A stretch of 64,000 nt of DNA, taken from contig CAVZMI010000029.1 in the NCBI GenBank assembly GCA_963776275.1, positions 23,123 through 87,122 of the forward strand, given 5' to 3'. The position numbers were made by a program, and so were the translations under genes. How positions within the stretch are numbered: the first letter of the stretch is position 1; each line of letters begins with the position of its first letter. The stretch comes from Ignavibacteriota bacterium. GTDB lineage: Bacteria; Bacteroidota; Ignavibacteria; UBA10030; CAVZMI01. This document shows, one piece after another, positions 36,252 through 44,966 of the stretch. The notes beneath the pieces were generated by a model, which worked only from the letters and a program-made list of their open reading frames with translations, did not search any database and was not told where the DNA came from.

Positions 36252-36483
36252 TTCGAAGCTGCTTCATCTCCCATGATACCAAATAGATGCGAAACCAAAC
36301 GATCCTGTAATTCCTGATAACCGATTGCATCTTCATCACCATAAAATAATTTCCGGAGAGTAAGTTTTATCAGCTCTTCACTCTCTTTACTGATCTCTGC
36401 ATTCTTCTTATTGCACCATAGTGCCGCAGTACGGACAGACTTTTATTGTCCCGTCACAAATGTGTTCTAACATGTTTCTGTTG

Positions 36484-36789
36484 TCATTTAACTTTTTTAA
36501 GAGGCTCACTCACTCTCGCTATAAAAAACTCTACGCTGATTTTATTCTTGTTGAAAGTGCAATTTTCAACAAACACTTCTACTTTTTGGTTAATGCTTTT
36601 CGCGCTTGCTTTTAATGCGATAGACATATTTGTAATACTTTTCCCCAGTGTTTCTGCTCCTATATATCCACCGCCCTCTTTCAGTGTTATTGCCATATTC
36701 AATTTTTGTGTCTCTGGAATAATCGCCGTTGCTTCAACTTGTATTTCCTCTTTACACTTAGGACATTTCATCGTTCGTTCGCCTTTCAA
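36484..36789 (-). CDS. hypothetical protein with an N-terminal CxxC
   Basis: 101-aa ORF with MKCPKCKEE near its start. Confidence 0.4.
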   Translation of the reverse strand: MKGERTMKCPKCKEEIQVEATAIIPETQKLNMAITLKEGGGYIGAETLGKSITNMSIALKASAKSINQKVEVFVENCTFNKNKISVEFFIARVSEPLKKVK

Positions 36790-36855
36790 ATTAGATTAAA
36801 TGCAACAGAACCAAGCAATCAAACTGACCGAATCAGTTAAGTGCAAAATTCATTG

Positions 36856-37002
36856 TCAAATGCAACACCGGTAATACCATAATATATCTCTCCGGCGTTC
36901 AATCGTTACCAACCAAATCATTTTATCTTCGTTGTCCAGTTTTACGGGATACCAAGCAAACCATCTATGCCAAGGTAATTCTTCTCTATATTTCCATTCC
37001 AT
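36856..37002 (-). CDS. small Trp-rich ORF (48 aa)
   Basis: Not in the track. GGAGG 4 nt upstream of ATG 37002. MEWKYREELPWHRWFAWYPVKLDNEDKMIWLVTIERRRDILWYYRCCI. Confidence 0.4.
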   Translation of the reverse strand: MEWKYREELPWHRWFAWYPVKLDNEDKMIWLVTIERRRDILWYYRCCI

Positions 37003-37074
37003 AAATCCTCCGCGTTGCATTTGTTTGTTAAAATTATTTTGAAAGTTTATCTATCGGCAGTTTAGTGCCATTCG

Positions 37075-37338
37075 TTATATCCCTTTCTTTTCTCTGGCTT
37101 GTCGGATTTTCTCTCCTTCTTCCCTGAGACTCATTACGATCGCACCTTTTTTAACGGCTACAATTCGCTTATTTTCCGTCACATCATAGTGCGGCATGAA
37201 TCGATGATCCTGAAACCAATTTATCTTTAATCCGATTGACTGTGCGAATTCATGCAATTCTTCTATGGTATCTGCTATAAGATGATACCAGATCTTTCCT
37301 CTCCACATAACTTTTTTACTACCAATGAATACGCTCAT
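37075..37338 (-). CDS. DUF4031-family protein
   Basis: 87 aa. WYHLIADTIEELHEFAQSIGLKINWFQDHRFMPHYDVTENKRIVAVKKGA matches the DUF4031 pattern (hhxaDxxeELHxfAxxlGl...HYDl). Confidence 0.65.
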   Translation of the reverse strand: MSVFIGSKKVMWRGKIWYHLIADTIEELHEFAQSIGLKINWFQDHRFMPHYDVTENKRIVAVKKGAIVMSLREEGEKIRQAREKKGI

Positions 37339-37610
37339 TTCTTTTGTTTTGTATCAACGTATGTAGAAGAAATCCCCTTCGGATAGTCTCCATGTATGTG
37401 TGCCTTCTTTTCTATCTGTCTTATAAATAAAAACAAAGTATCAATCCTCTTATTTATATGATCGATCCGCCACATTGCTAATCCACCAAAGAAAACGATC
37501 AGAGATATGCCAAATATGATAAAACCATTGGTCAAATCTTCAGCTATTATTACTTCGATCAGACCGATAATGACGCCGATCATTCCGATTAAAATGAAAA
37601 TCGCTGGCAT
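37335..37610 (-). CDS. small two-TM membrane protein (holin-like topology)
   Basis: 91 aa. Hydrophobic segments IFILIGMIGVIIGLIEVII and FIIFGISLIVFFGGLAMW. No endolysin was seen nearby. Confidence 0.4.
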   Translation of the reverse strand: MPAIFILIGMIGVIIGLIEVIIAEDLTNGFIIFGISLIVFFGGLAMWRIDHINKRIDTLFLFIRQIEKKAHIHGDYPKGISSTYVDTKQKK

Positions 37611-37911
37611 GTTCTTTTCTCCCCTGAATATGTGATTGTGAATTTATTCCTTGTTGATCCTTTCCCCGTACATTCAATCCCCCGATGAACCCCTCATTCT
37701 CATAAAACTTTTTCGATTTCGCTCTTACTACCAAATGCAGTACTTTTTTGAGCTGACTTATCTGAAGCCCACACTTATTTCGTTGCGTCGGGTTCAGTTG
37801 CTCCAATAGGTCGATCTCATACTCGATATTCCGGATGAGCCACTCGAATCGTCCGGAAATCAGATTGTACTCAACTTCTTTCCTCGAAAAATTTATTTCC
37901 TTGAAAGACAT
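37540..37911 (-). CDS. hypothetical protein
   Basis: 123-aa ORF. The last roughly 25 aa overlap the next ORF and look non-native. Confidence 0.4.
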   Translation of the reverse strand: MSFKEINFSRKEVEYNLISGRFEWLIRNIEYEIDLLEQLNPTQRNKCGLQISQLKKVLHLVVRAKSKKFYENEGFIGGLNVRGKDQQGINSQSHIQGRKEHASDFHFNRNDRRHYRSDRSNNS

Positions 37912-38304
37912 TTATGATAAATCCTTTATCGTTCTTACCAGATCCACCTGTACACGCTGCATCTCGATCAGATTCTTTGCCGTCTCATTGATCGCCTTGG
38001 CTTGATCGATGTATTTGGGGTCCTCCTGAATCTTCTTTATAGTATCCATGAGCGTTGTTCCCAAACCCTTCATTGGAAGATTGTCTTCCATGGCATTGTA
38101 AAGTGCCAGAGCATTTTTCTTATCCGGCCTCGGCTCTACAGGTAAAAATTCTCGCCGTAAGTCCTCACCATTGACTCGAATCACTCGCTTGTCCGTTGTA
38201 ATTTTGAAAAGATTCCTCTCCTCCTGCTCGATGCTCTGGATGATGTAATTAATTCCCTTGTAGAGATATGTACCACCGATCATTTTATAGAATGCCCTAT
38301 TCAT
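37912..38304 (-). CDS. hypothetical protein
   Basis: 130-aa ORF, ATGA-coupled to the upstream HNH gene. Confidence 0.45.
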   Translation of the reverse strand: MNRAFYKMIGGTYLYKGINYIIQSIEQEERNLFKITTDKRVIRVNGEDLRREFLPVEPRPDKKNALALYNAMEDNLPMKGLGTTLMDTIKKIQEDPKYIDQAKAINETAKNLIEMQRVQVDLVRTIKDLS

Positions 38305-39020
38305 GCCGATTCTTTTAATAATTGATTGAGTTGTAATTGCTTTCGTTTCGCATCCAGAAGATCTGGCTTTTTCAACAATCTCTCATAGAGCTTCTTATCA
38401 TAACTGCCTTTACCACCTCTATTGCTGGCTAAACATTTCGCGATAAATCCATCCGTCATCCTTGTATTGGCCGCGTGCTGTATATGTGTGATACATTCCA
38501 GATTGCTCGGTCTACAGTTCATCGTATTCCCATCGCGAAATACTATGATGTGGTCTTTGGGTATACGACCATATGTTTTCTTCCAGACATAAACATGATA
38601 CATGATCCATTTTGCTTTTTTGATCCGAATCCATTTATATTCCCGGATCTTTCCCGTTTTTTTATCTGTGTCTATTCGTATCCTGATGCATCCATTGTAT
38701 TTCGTGTTCGCCGGCTGGTGACCTTTCTTGAACTCTGTTGCCCGACTGTAATGGACACCCTTACGACTCTTGTTCCATGTTTTATGTCCCTTTTGGAATT
38801 CCGTTGACGGAGATCTACGAACACCTTTTGTAAATTGACTCATATTAAACTTTTTCTTTATGCAGAGGAGATGCTGCATGCGATATATTGCTCTCGGGTG
38901 TCTCCCCAAGACAGCGGCAATTTCTGCCGCTGTCTTCTTACTGTGAAGATAGAGGTATCGAAATCTTTTTATTTCGGTTGCAGTCCATGGTCTCCTGAAT
39001 CCCGGTGGTCTCTTCTTCAT
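38301..39020 (-). CDS. HNH homing endonuclease (HNH_3 type) with an N-terminal Myb/sigma-r4-like HTH and NUMOD3-like repeats
   Basis: 239 aa. WTATEIKRFRYLY..AAEIAAVLGRHPRAIY, then GHKTWNKSRKG and KKGHQPANTKYNG, then HVYVWKKTYGRIPKDHIIVFRDGNTMNCRPSNLE. Confidence 0.75.
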   Translation of the reverse strand: MKKRPPGFRRPWTATEIKRFRYLYLHSKKTAAEIAAVLGRHPRAIYRMQHLLCIKKKFNMSQFTKGVRRSPSTEFQKGHKTWNKSRKGVHYSRATEFKKGHQPANTKYNGCIRIRIDTDKKTGKIREYKWIRIKKAKWIMYHVYVWKKTYGRIPKDHIIVFRDGNTMNCRPSNLECITHIQHAANTRMTDGFIAKCLASNRGGKGSYDKKLYERLLKKPDLLDAKRKQLQLNQLLKESA

Positions 39021-39111
39021 TTCTTCGCTTTCTTCAATACATCATGCCGAATAAACGCCTGCAGGGAACTGTGCTCCTCCAGGCGCTGACGGTCATTCGT
39101 TGATGGTGCGG

Positions 39112-39369
39112 TTAACCGATGTGGGCAACCTGGTTTGAAGGATTATCCTGTATATAAGCCTCCAATTTCGCCGGATCCGTGAATACAAAGATCGACGTAA
39201 GATCAAAAGGCTCGCCCATATCCGGAAATACCTTCACATTGACAGTTGCCTGTCCTTCATTGATTGGAGTCCATACATACGTCACGATAGCTGGTTGCTC
39301 GTCGTGACCGTTGAAGTTGACTCCTTTGACGGTAACGATTGTACCGCATTTGATTGATTCCTCGCCCAT
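39112..39369 (-). CDS. hypothetical protein
   Basis: 85-aa ORF. Confidence 0.4.
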   Translation of the reverse strand: MGEESIKCGTIVTVKGVNFNGHDEQPAIVTYVWTPINEGQATVNVKVFPDMGEPFDLTSIFVFTDPAKLEAYIQDNPSNQVAHIG

Positions 39370-39430
39370 AGCTTATCCTTTCTTTTCTGAGTTATTGGAA
39401 TCCGATCCGTTATTCGGTTCGGTATAATAA

Positions 39431-40246
39431 TCACTTCTTCTTTGTGGGTTTACTCTTCCGCGCCGGCTTTTTCGTAACGACCTTTTTCTTCTTCGCAGTA
39501 AGCGCTAAACGGATCTTGCCTACGTCAATTCTCTTCTCCTTTGCTACTTTGAGAAGATTGTTGAAATCTCCTATTTCACAACATCCCACATTCAGAGCCT
39601 CGGTATAAATCACCATGATCATCGTCTTTCTCTTATTCTCCTTATAATGCTTCATGAGGGCTTTACGGTAATCACGGCCGCCATATTTTGCTTTCGGCGC
39701 TTCTATCCCGATCGCATCGCACATCCGCTTGGCTGAGTCGAAACTCAGTGCATCGACCATATGCTCACCGATCGCATCGAGCATGGTCTGATCGATTTTG
39801 AGATTTGAATCATAAACCGCTTTGAAAATTGCATTCCGGACTTTTAACTCCTGTAGAGTTTTCTTTCTCTCTGCAGCCTGCTTCTTCCGCCAACCTCCAT
39901 CATCACTGCTGCGTTGAAATGGCCGGCAAGTTTTGCATTTGGAATCGGTGCATATTCTCTTTAAATGCCCGATACCATCTCCTTCGACGATGAGTCCGGT
40001 TATTGCATTTTCGCAACCCTTTAATGGATTGCGATATCCTGAAGCCTCGATCACTCCCTTGCCTCTACTGGAATAATTCGTCGAGATCTCGACGAATATT
40101 TCATTGCGGCGCTTGAGCTCTTCGCGCTTGATATCCCAGATAGGCTCCCATCTTCGCATGGTAGCATGGGGCATCGAGACAGCGATCGTTTTTCGAGTCT
40201 CCAAAAAGGTCCGGATCGGCGCCAGTACGCTTTGGACAAACGGCAC
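39431..40246 (-). CDS. probable C-terminal part of the ParB-like gene (+1 frame)
   Basis: 271 aa with a second Cys cluster (ICTDSKCKTCRPF) and a K-rich tail. Overlaps the ParB ORF by 146 nt. Confidence 0.45.
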   Translation of the reverse strand: MPFVQSVLAPIRTFLETRKTIAVSMPHATMRRWEPIWDIKREELKRRNEIFVEISTNYSSRGKGVIEASGYRNPLKGCENAITGLIVEGDGIGHLKRICTDSKCKTCRPFQRSSDDGGWRKKQAAERKKTLQELKVRNAIFKAVYDSNLKIDQTMLDAIGEHMVDALSFDSAKRMCDAIGIEAPKAKYGGRDYRKALMKHYKENKRKTMIMVIYTEALNVGCCEIGDFNNLLKVAKEKRIDVGKIRLALTAKKKKVVTKKPARKSKPTKKK

Positions 40247-40982
40247 AGGCCACGGATTCTACTTTCGTTTTGAACTCACCTTTCTTTGACCATGGGGCAG
40301 CCGACAGCGAAAGCATGATATTATTTTCGATCCATCTGGCGAGTTCCCGTTCATCACTGATATAATCATCGAAACATGCTTTCAATGTGGTCTTTTGATC
40401 CCTTTCATTAAGCGGAGCAATCAACATAGCTTGACCGAGATTGATTTTTTGGGATCGTAATGCGTTCTTTCCCGAATCGATCAATGAGTTCAATTTCATG
40501 CGTTTTGCAACATAAGATTTCTGTTTCCCGATCTGGCCGGCGATTTTTTCAATGGTGATGCCTTTGGATAACTTCATGAGTTTGGCATATTCCGCGGCCT
40601 CATCGAGCGGATCCAAACCCTCCCGCTGAGTATTGTCGATCAGTGAATATTCAACAGCTTCCTCATCGTTCATTACTTTCACGATTGCCGGCATCTCAGT
40701 CAATCCGCAGCGTTGCGCAGCCATGAAACGGCGCTGTCCGGTTATGATCTCGAAGATATCTTCTCCATTTTTCGCCGGACGCACTGTGATTGGATGCTGT
40801 ATTCCTTTCGCCTCTATTGAGGCTGTCAATTCCAACAATTTTACTTCATCGATTTCCTTCCGACCATTCAGCGGTGAGATCGAGAGCTTACTGATTGGAA
40901 TCATTGCGATTTGAGGTGTGGTAGCAATCATGGATGTTTCTCCTTTTCTTCTTTTTATTGAAATAGTGTTTTTGTCGCACAA
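40101..40982 (-). CDS. parB: ParB-like nuclease-domain protein (N-terminal part)
   Basis: 293 aa. ISPLNGRKEIDEVKLLELTASIEAKGIQHPITVRP...FEIITGQRRFMAAQ is the ParB N-domain with the GxRR box. Followed by CAVCPKRTG..LFGD...CLDAPCYHAK. Confidence 0.75.
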   Translation of the reverse strand: MCDKNTISIKRRKGETSMIATTPQIAMIPISKLSISPLNGRKEIDEVKLLELTASIEAKGIQHPITVRPAKNGEDIFEIITGQRRFMAAQRCGLTEMPAIVKVMNDEEAVEYSLIDNTQREGLDPLDEAAEYAKLMKLSKGITIEKIAGQIGKQKSYVAKRMKLNSLIDSGKNALRSQKINLGQAMLIAPLNERDQKTTLKACFDDYISDERELARWIENNIMLSLSAAPWSKKGEFKTKVESVACAVCPKRTGADPDLFGDSKNDRCLDAPCYHAKMGAYLGYQARRAQAPQ

Positions 40983-42715
40983 ATTGAGCCAGAATCATCT
41001 TCGATGAGTCGGCGACCTTTTAATCTCGCAAGATAAGTATCCCTACTTGATCTCTTGTATGTGGTTAAATCACTGATTTCATCTCTTGTTAGAGAGTTTG
41101 GATATCTCTTTATGAGCAACTCGAAAATTGTTCTTTCGCCAGGAGGCAGTTTATGCAACCAATGTTCTATAAGTTTTTCGCCTGATGGAAGAGGTTCAAA
41201 ATTATTTCCAAGAGCGGTCAATCCTTCATTTGTTACAACTATTCTTGCACCCGTTTTGACATAACCTCTCGTTGCTAATCGAGCGATGTAAGTATCACGA
41301 CTTGATCTCCGATATTTAGCTATGACACTGATTTCATCTCTCGTCAAACCATCATCATATTGAGCGACAGAATTCAGAATCATGGCTTCACCAGGAGGAA
41401 GCTTTACTACTTCGCTGTCACCTGAGTCCGACATCTTATTTTGCTTAGAATAATCAAATTTCCTCTCCATATTTTTGTGTAGGATTTCACCTCCTGTTGG
41501 GGCTTTTTGTATTTTATAGATTGGAACCTTAATGGGCTCTGGTAATACAGCCGTTGAGCTGGCCAGCATTTCAGCAGCTTTTTTCATCTTCTCATTCTGT
41601 TTGATAATGATATTTTCAAGCGATCGCATCCTCGCATTCGATTCACGTTGTACTTCCTGTTTTGCTTTCTCAACCGCACGTCCAATTATCGATTCATCTA
41701 CCTTTTGTGGAACAAGAGAATCGACATTGGCAATCTGGATCTGAAGCTTATGTTCAAGTTCTCGAACTCTTTTTTTGAGCTCTATGGGATCGTTTTCTTT
41801 CGCTCTTTCGATAGTCGAGGCCATTTGTCTCCGAAGAGCATTAAGGTCGATTTCTGCAGGTTTTTTGGGCTCAATTCTTTTCTCTCCGGGCTTTGGCGTA
41901 GCACCTGAATCGAATGTTTCGATCGGCAATACATGAACTCTTTGAAATATACCTTCCGCTTCAGGCCAACCTGGAGACCAGAACCATGCGTCACCAATGG
42001 GCAACGAAGGTAATGACTCCATAAGAGTTTTCTGCTGTTCAATCGTTCCATGAACGTCAATCCAAGCCTTCATAGCATCGAGGTCTTGCGGAGCTATTGT
42101 ACGCAGTGCGATAAGAATCTGTACCTGTGTCAGTACGTTCTTATTTAGCACCGCCGCTCTCTGTGTTACAAGAATACATCCAATACCACGCTGTCCGCCT
42201 CGACGCACTATATCCTCGGCAGCACCGAGCATCCGTTCCTCTCCCTTCTGTGGTTTCTGGGGAGCAATGGCATCGGCTTCGTCAATAACAAGCATCATTG
42301 GAGTTCGATATATTTCCTTCGCCTTCAATCGATATAGGTTTTCTAAGAATGCTGTCATGAATGTTGCGACTTCGTGCTTTCTGAAAAGCGAGAGGTCGAT
42401 CAGAATGCTTACCCTTTCTTCAACAACGAGTTTTGCCACAATTTCACCGGAATTCACTTCCAAAGGTACGTCTGCTCGTTCCCCGCCAAGAATAATAATC
42501 GGATAGCCGGGCGATTTCCCATCCGAGGCAGATCGAATTCCCCACTGATCCCCCTTGGGATCAACAAGTACGACTTGTTGACCGATCTTCAAGAGTTGCT
42601 CTGCCATCCGTCGCATTGTGTAACTTTTCCCTGCTCTACGCTTTGCAAGTAGACCGAAGGTCTGCGTAACACTTTCAATCGGCAATGATAATTCTTTTGA
42701 TATGTGTAGTTTCAT
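40955..42715 (-). CDS. HerA/FtsK/VirB4-class P-loop ATPase with two C-terminal winged-helix repeats
   Basis: 586 aa. Walker A KRRAGKSYT, then VVLVDPKGDQWG, Walker B MMLVIDEADAIAP, then ILVTQRAAVLNKNVLTQ. Duplicated LTRDEISxxxxY[KR]RSSRDTY[IL]ARL units. Confidence 0.65.
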   Translation of the reverse strand: MKLHISKELSLPIESVTQTFGLLAKRRAGKSYTMRRMAEQLLKIGQQVVLVDPKGDQWGIRSASDGKSPGYPIIILGGERADVPLEVNSGEIVAKLVVEERVSILIDLSLFRKHEVATFMTAFLENLYRLKAKEIYRTPMMLVIDEADAIAPQKPQKGEERMLGAAEDIVRRGGQRGIGCILVTQRAAVLNKNVLTQVQILIALRTIAPQDLDAMKAWIDVHGTIEQQKTLMESLPSLPIGDAWFWSPGWPEAEGIFQRVHVLPIETFDSGATPKPGEKRIEPKKPAEIDLNALRRQMASTIERAKENDPIELKKRVRELEHKLQIQIANVDSLVPQKVDESIIGRAVEKAKQEVQRESNARMRSLENIIIKQNEKMKKAAEMLASSTAVLPEPIKVPIYKIQKAPTGGEILHKNMERKFDYSKQNKMSDSGDSEVVKLPPGEAMILNSVAQYDDGLTRDEISVIAKYRRSSRDTYIARLATRGYVKTGARIVVTNEGLTALGNNFEPLPSGEKLIEHWLHKLPPGERTIFELLIKRYPNSLTRDEISDLTTYKRSSRDTYLARLKGRRLIEDDSGSICATKTLFQ

Positions 42716-42957
42716 GTTTTCTCTTTCATTGCTACATATTCACGAAGCCAGGGCAACTTACTTTTGAGAATATCAATCCTTTCTTTTAATTCGGGAATTT
42801 TCTCGCCCGTTCTCAAATTAAATCTTTGATAAATATATAATAACCAACAAGCTTTCGTGTATGCATTCTTTCTATTTTCAATTGGCATTCTAAAGCTTTT
42901 CCCGCTTTCCACGATCTGTACCGATTGATCAATAATTTCTTCCAGTGATGTGAACAT
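42712..42957 (-). CDS. hypothetical protein
   Basis: 81-aa ORF, ATGA-coupled to the ATPase gene. Confidence 0.4.
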   Translation of the reverse strand: MFTSLEEIIDQSVQIVESGKSFRMPIENRKNAYTKACWLLYIYQRFNLRTGEKIPELKERIDILKSKLPWLREYVAMKEKT

Positions 42958-42958
42958 T

Positions 42959-44734
42959 TTATTTGTTTCTCAGTTTGTTAATGAGTTCATTGAGAATACT
43001 TGTCTGTGCTTCCGCCGATTGTCCATCTATCACTGCATCAATAATTTTCCGTTTTTTCTCGATCAGTTCGGCTATTTCTTCATCAATGGTATTAATGGCA
43101 TTCAAATACCAGGCTGTGACACAATCTGTCTGACCAATTCGATGAAGGCGGTCCTCGGCCTGCTGCATTATACTTGGAGTCCATCCCTGTTCAACAAATG
43201 CCACGTTGCTCGCAGCGGTCAGCGTGATTCCCATTCCTCCAGCCTGCAAACTGCATACGATAATCCGACATTCCGGATCACTCTGGAATCGATCGATATT
43301 CGATTGACGGGTTTGGCCATCGTCTTCACCAAAAACATGCGCCGAGCCGTACCATGATGCTATTTTCTTTTGAATCGCGATATGTGAGGCAAATACTACC
43401 AACTTTTCACCGTTCTCTAAAAAATCGTCTATCCACTCCTTTACAGCTTCCATCTTGCCGCCAGCTGCCAATTGCTTTAAGGCCTCTATCCGGACAAGTT
43501 CCTCTGCCTTCCTGGCTCGCTCCTCTGTTGTATCACCACGTTCTTTAATTGCCAGTATTTTTTCTTCCACCGGCAGATCTTTAATAATTTCCAGGAAAGA
43601 TTCATCTTTCATTGCCCGATCTTTGAGCCAAGTAACTACCTCACTTTCAGCTCTTTCGTATTCCGTTCTATTTGTGATTTCAATCGGTACGATCGCCACT
43701 CTCTTTGGTGGAAGCTCTTTCAATACGTCTTCTTTCTTCCGACGAATCATACATTTTTCTCTGAGCTTCGAATTCAATTCACCAAGATTCTCAGCTCCTT
43801 CCATCCATAAACCGAATCGGCCGCGGAAAGCTGCACAATATTTTGTCGCGAATTTCCACCATCCACCGAAATCATCAAGCCGATCGATAATTTGAAGCTG
43901 ACTGATAAGTTCTTTGGGCTTGTTCAGTATTGGTGTACCTGTGAGAAGCAACCTGACTGGAATATTTTTTGATAATTCTCTACAAGCTTTTGTGCGTTGC
44001 GTTTTGATTGCTTTGACATAATGGCTTTCATCGAGGACAATCGCCTTGAAATCTATATTCTTCAACGCTTCAATATGCTTCATGAGAATGTCGTAATTGA
44101 TTATCACGATATCGGTCTTATAATATCCGGCACCATATCCATTGACAACGGATGTAGTTTTCCCGATCAACCATTTCCTTGCTTCCCGTTGCCAATTCAA
44201 TTTTAATGATGCAGGACATACGATAAGTGATGGAAATGCTGAAATATTCTTTATGGTTGCCAATGCGGTGATCGTCTTCCCTAAACCCATTTGATCCGCA
44301 ATCAAACATCGTTTGACTCTCGATGCATACACCACACCAACCTTCTGAAACGTCATGAGTTCTCCACCCAATCCCTCGATCTGAATGTCCGTCCTGCTGG
44401 CTTCGGATAATTCAAGATTCCGCTGCAGGGTGGCATTGATATTGGCTATCTTTTCTTCTATACCCGCCTCCAGAGTGAAACCATTTGAATCGGCAAATTC
44501 TAACATCTGTTGAATGTCAACAATGTTCTCGGGCACTTTCCATGTCTTTGTCTTGCTGTCATATCGTGCACCTTCAATTTTCTTCACCGCTGCAACTAAG
44601 AACGCATCGTAGGAGAAGGATACGATGAATCCACCAGCAGATGATATCGATATCTTCTTATCCCGAAGAGATCGTCTCTGAAATTCTTGAGCCGGCTTCT
44701 TCCGGACAAGAAATTGTAATTCGCCAGCTCTCAC
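42959..44734 (-). CDS. SNF2-family helicase with an N-terminal HARP-like domain (annealing-helicase type)
   Basis: 591 aa. FSYDAFLVAAVKKIEGARYDSKTKTWKVP (HARP-like), then DQMGLGKT, LDESHYVK and QAEDRLHRIGQ. Confidence 0.8.
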   Translation of the reverse strand: MRAGELQFLVRKKPAQEFQRRSLRDKKISISSAGGFIVSFSYDAFLVAAVKKIEGARYDSKTKTWKVPENIVDIQQMLEFADSNGFTLEAGIEEKIANINATLQRNLELSEASRTDIQIEGLGGELMTFQKVGVVYASRVKRCLIADQMGLGKTITALATIKNISAFPSLIVCPASLKLNWQREARKWLIGKTTSVVNGYGAGYYKTDIVIINYDILMKHIEALKNIDFKAIVLDESHYVKAIKTQRTKACRELSKNIPVRLLLTGTPILNKPKELISQLQIIDRLDDFGGWWKFATKYCAAFRGRFGLWMEGAENLGELNSKLREKCMIRRKKEDVLKELPPKRVAIVPIEITNRTEYERAESEVVTWLKDRAMKDESFLEIIKDLPVEEKILAIKERGDTTEERARKAEELVRIEALKQLAAGGKMEAVKEWIDDFLENGEKLVVFASHIAIQKKIASWYGSAHVFGEDDGQTRQSNIDRFQSDPECRIIVCSLQAGGMGITLTAASNVAFVEQGWTPSIMQQAEDRLHRIGQTDCVTAWYLNAINTIDEEIAELIEKKRKIIDAVIDGQSAEAQTSILNELINKLRNK

Positions 44735-44901
44735 TTATCGTTTCCTGTGTTAGACGGTGATGCGTCATGTTGTGTAGAGATCTTCCTACAATCAGCGCAT
44801 TTACTCAGATAGGATTCTGTATATGAAACATCGCTATGACCCCAGGTATTCCCACAACTCTCACAATAATGCGTATGCTCTCCATTATTAATGTCGCTCA
44901 T
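44731..44901 (-). CDS. small zinc-ribbon protein
   Basis: Start moved to ATG 44901 (MSDINNGEHTHYCESCGN..KCADC), which has AGAGGAGAA 3 nt upstream. The track start is 44970. Confidence 0.45.
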   Translation of the reverse strand: MSDINNGEHTHYCESCGNTWGHSDVSYTESYLSKCADCRKISTQHDASPSNTGNDK

Positions 44902-44966
44902 GATTTCTCCTCTTTGGAAATAGAACGATCCCGCCAACCTCCCCTCAGCTGGCGGGACCCATGCGA

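Noticed and set aside
27347-37610. Looked for a lysis cassette (holin, endolysin, spanin) around the membrane-protein ORFs at 27347-27904 and 37335-37610.
   Set aside because: No muramidase, amidase or peptidase motifs were seen in neighbouring ORFs. TM topology alone does not justify a holin or spanin call. The lysis genes are probably outside this window.
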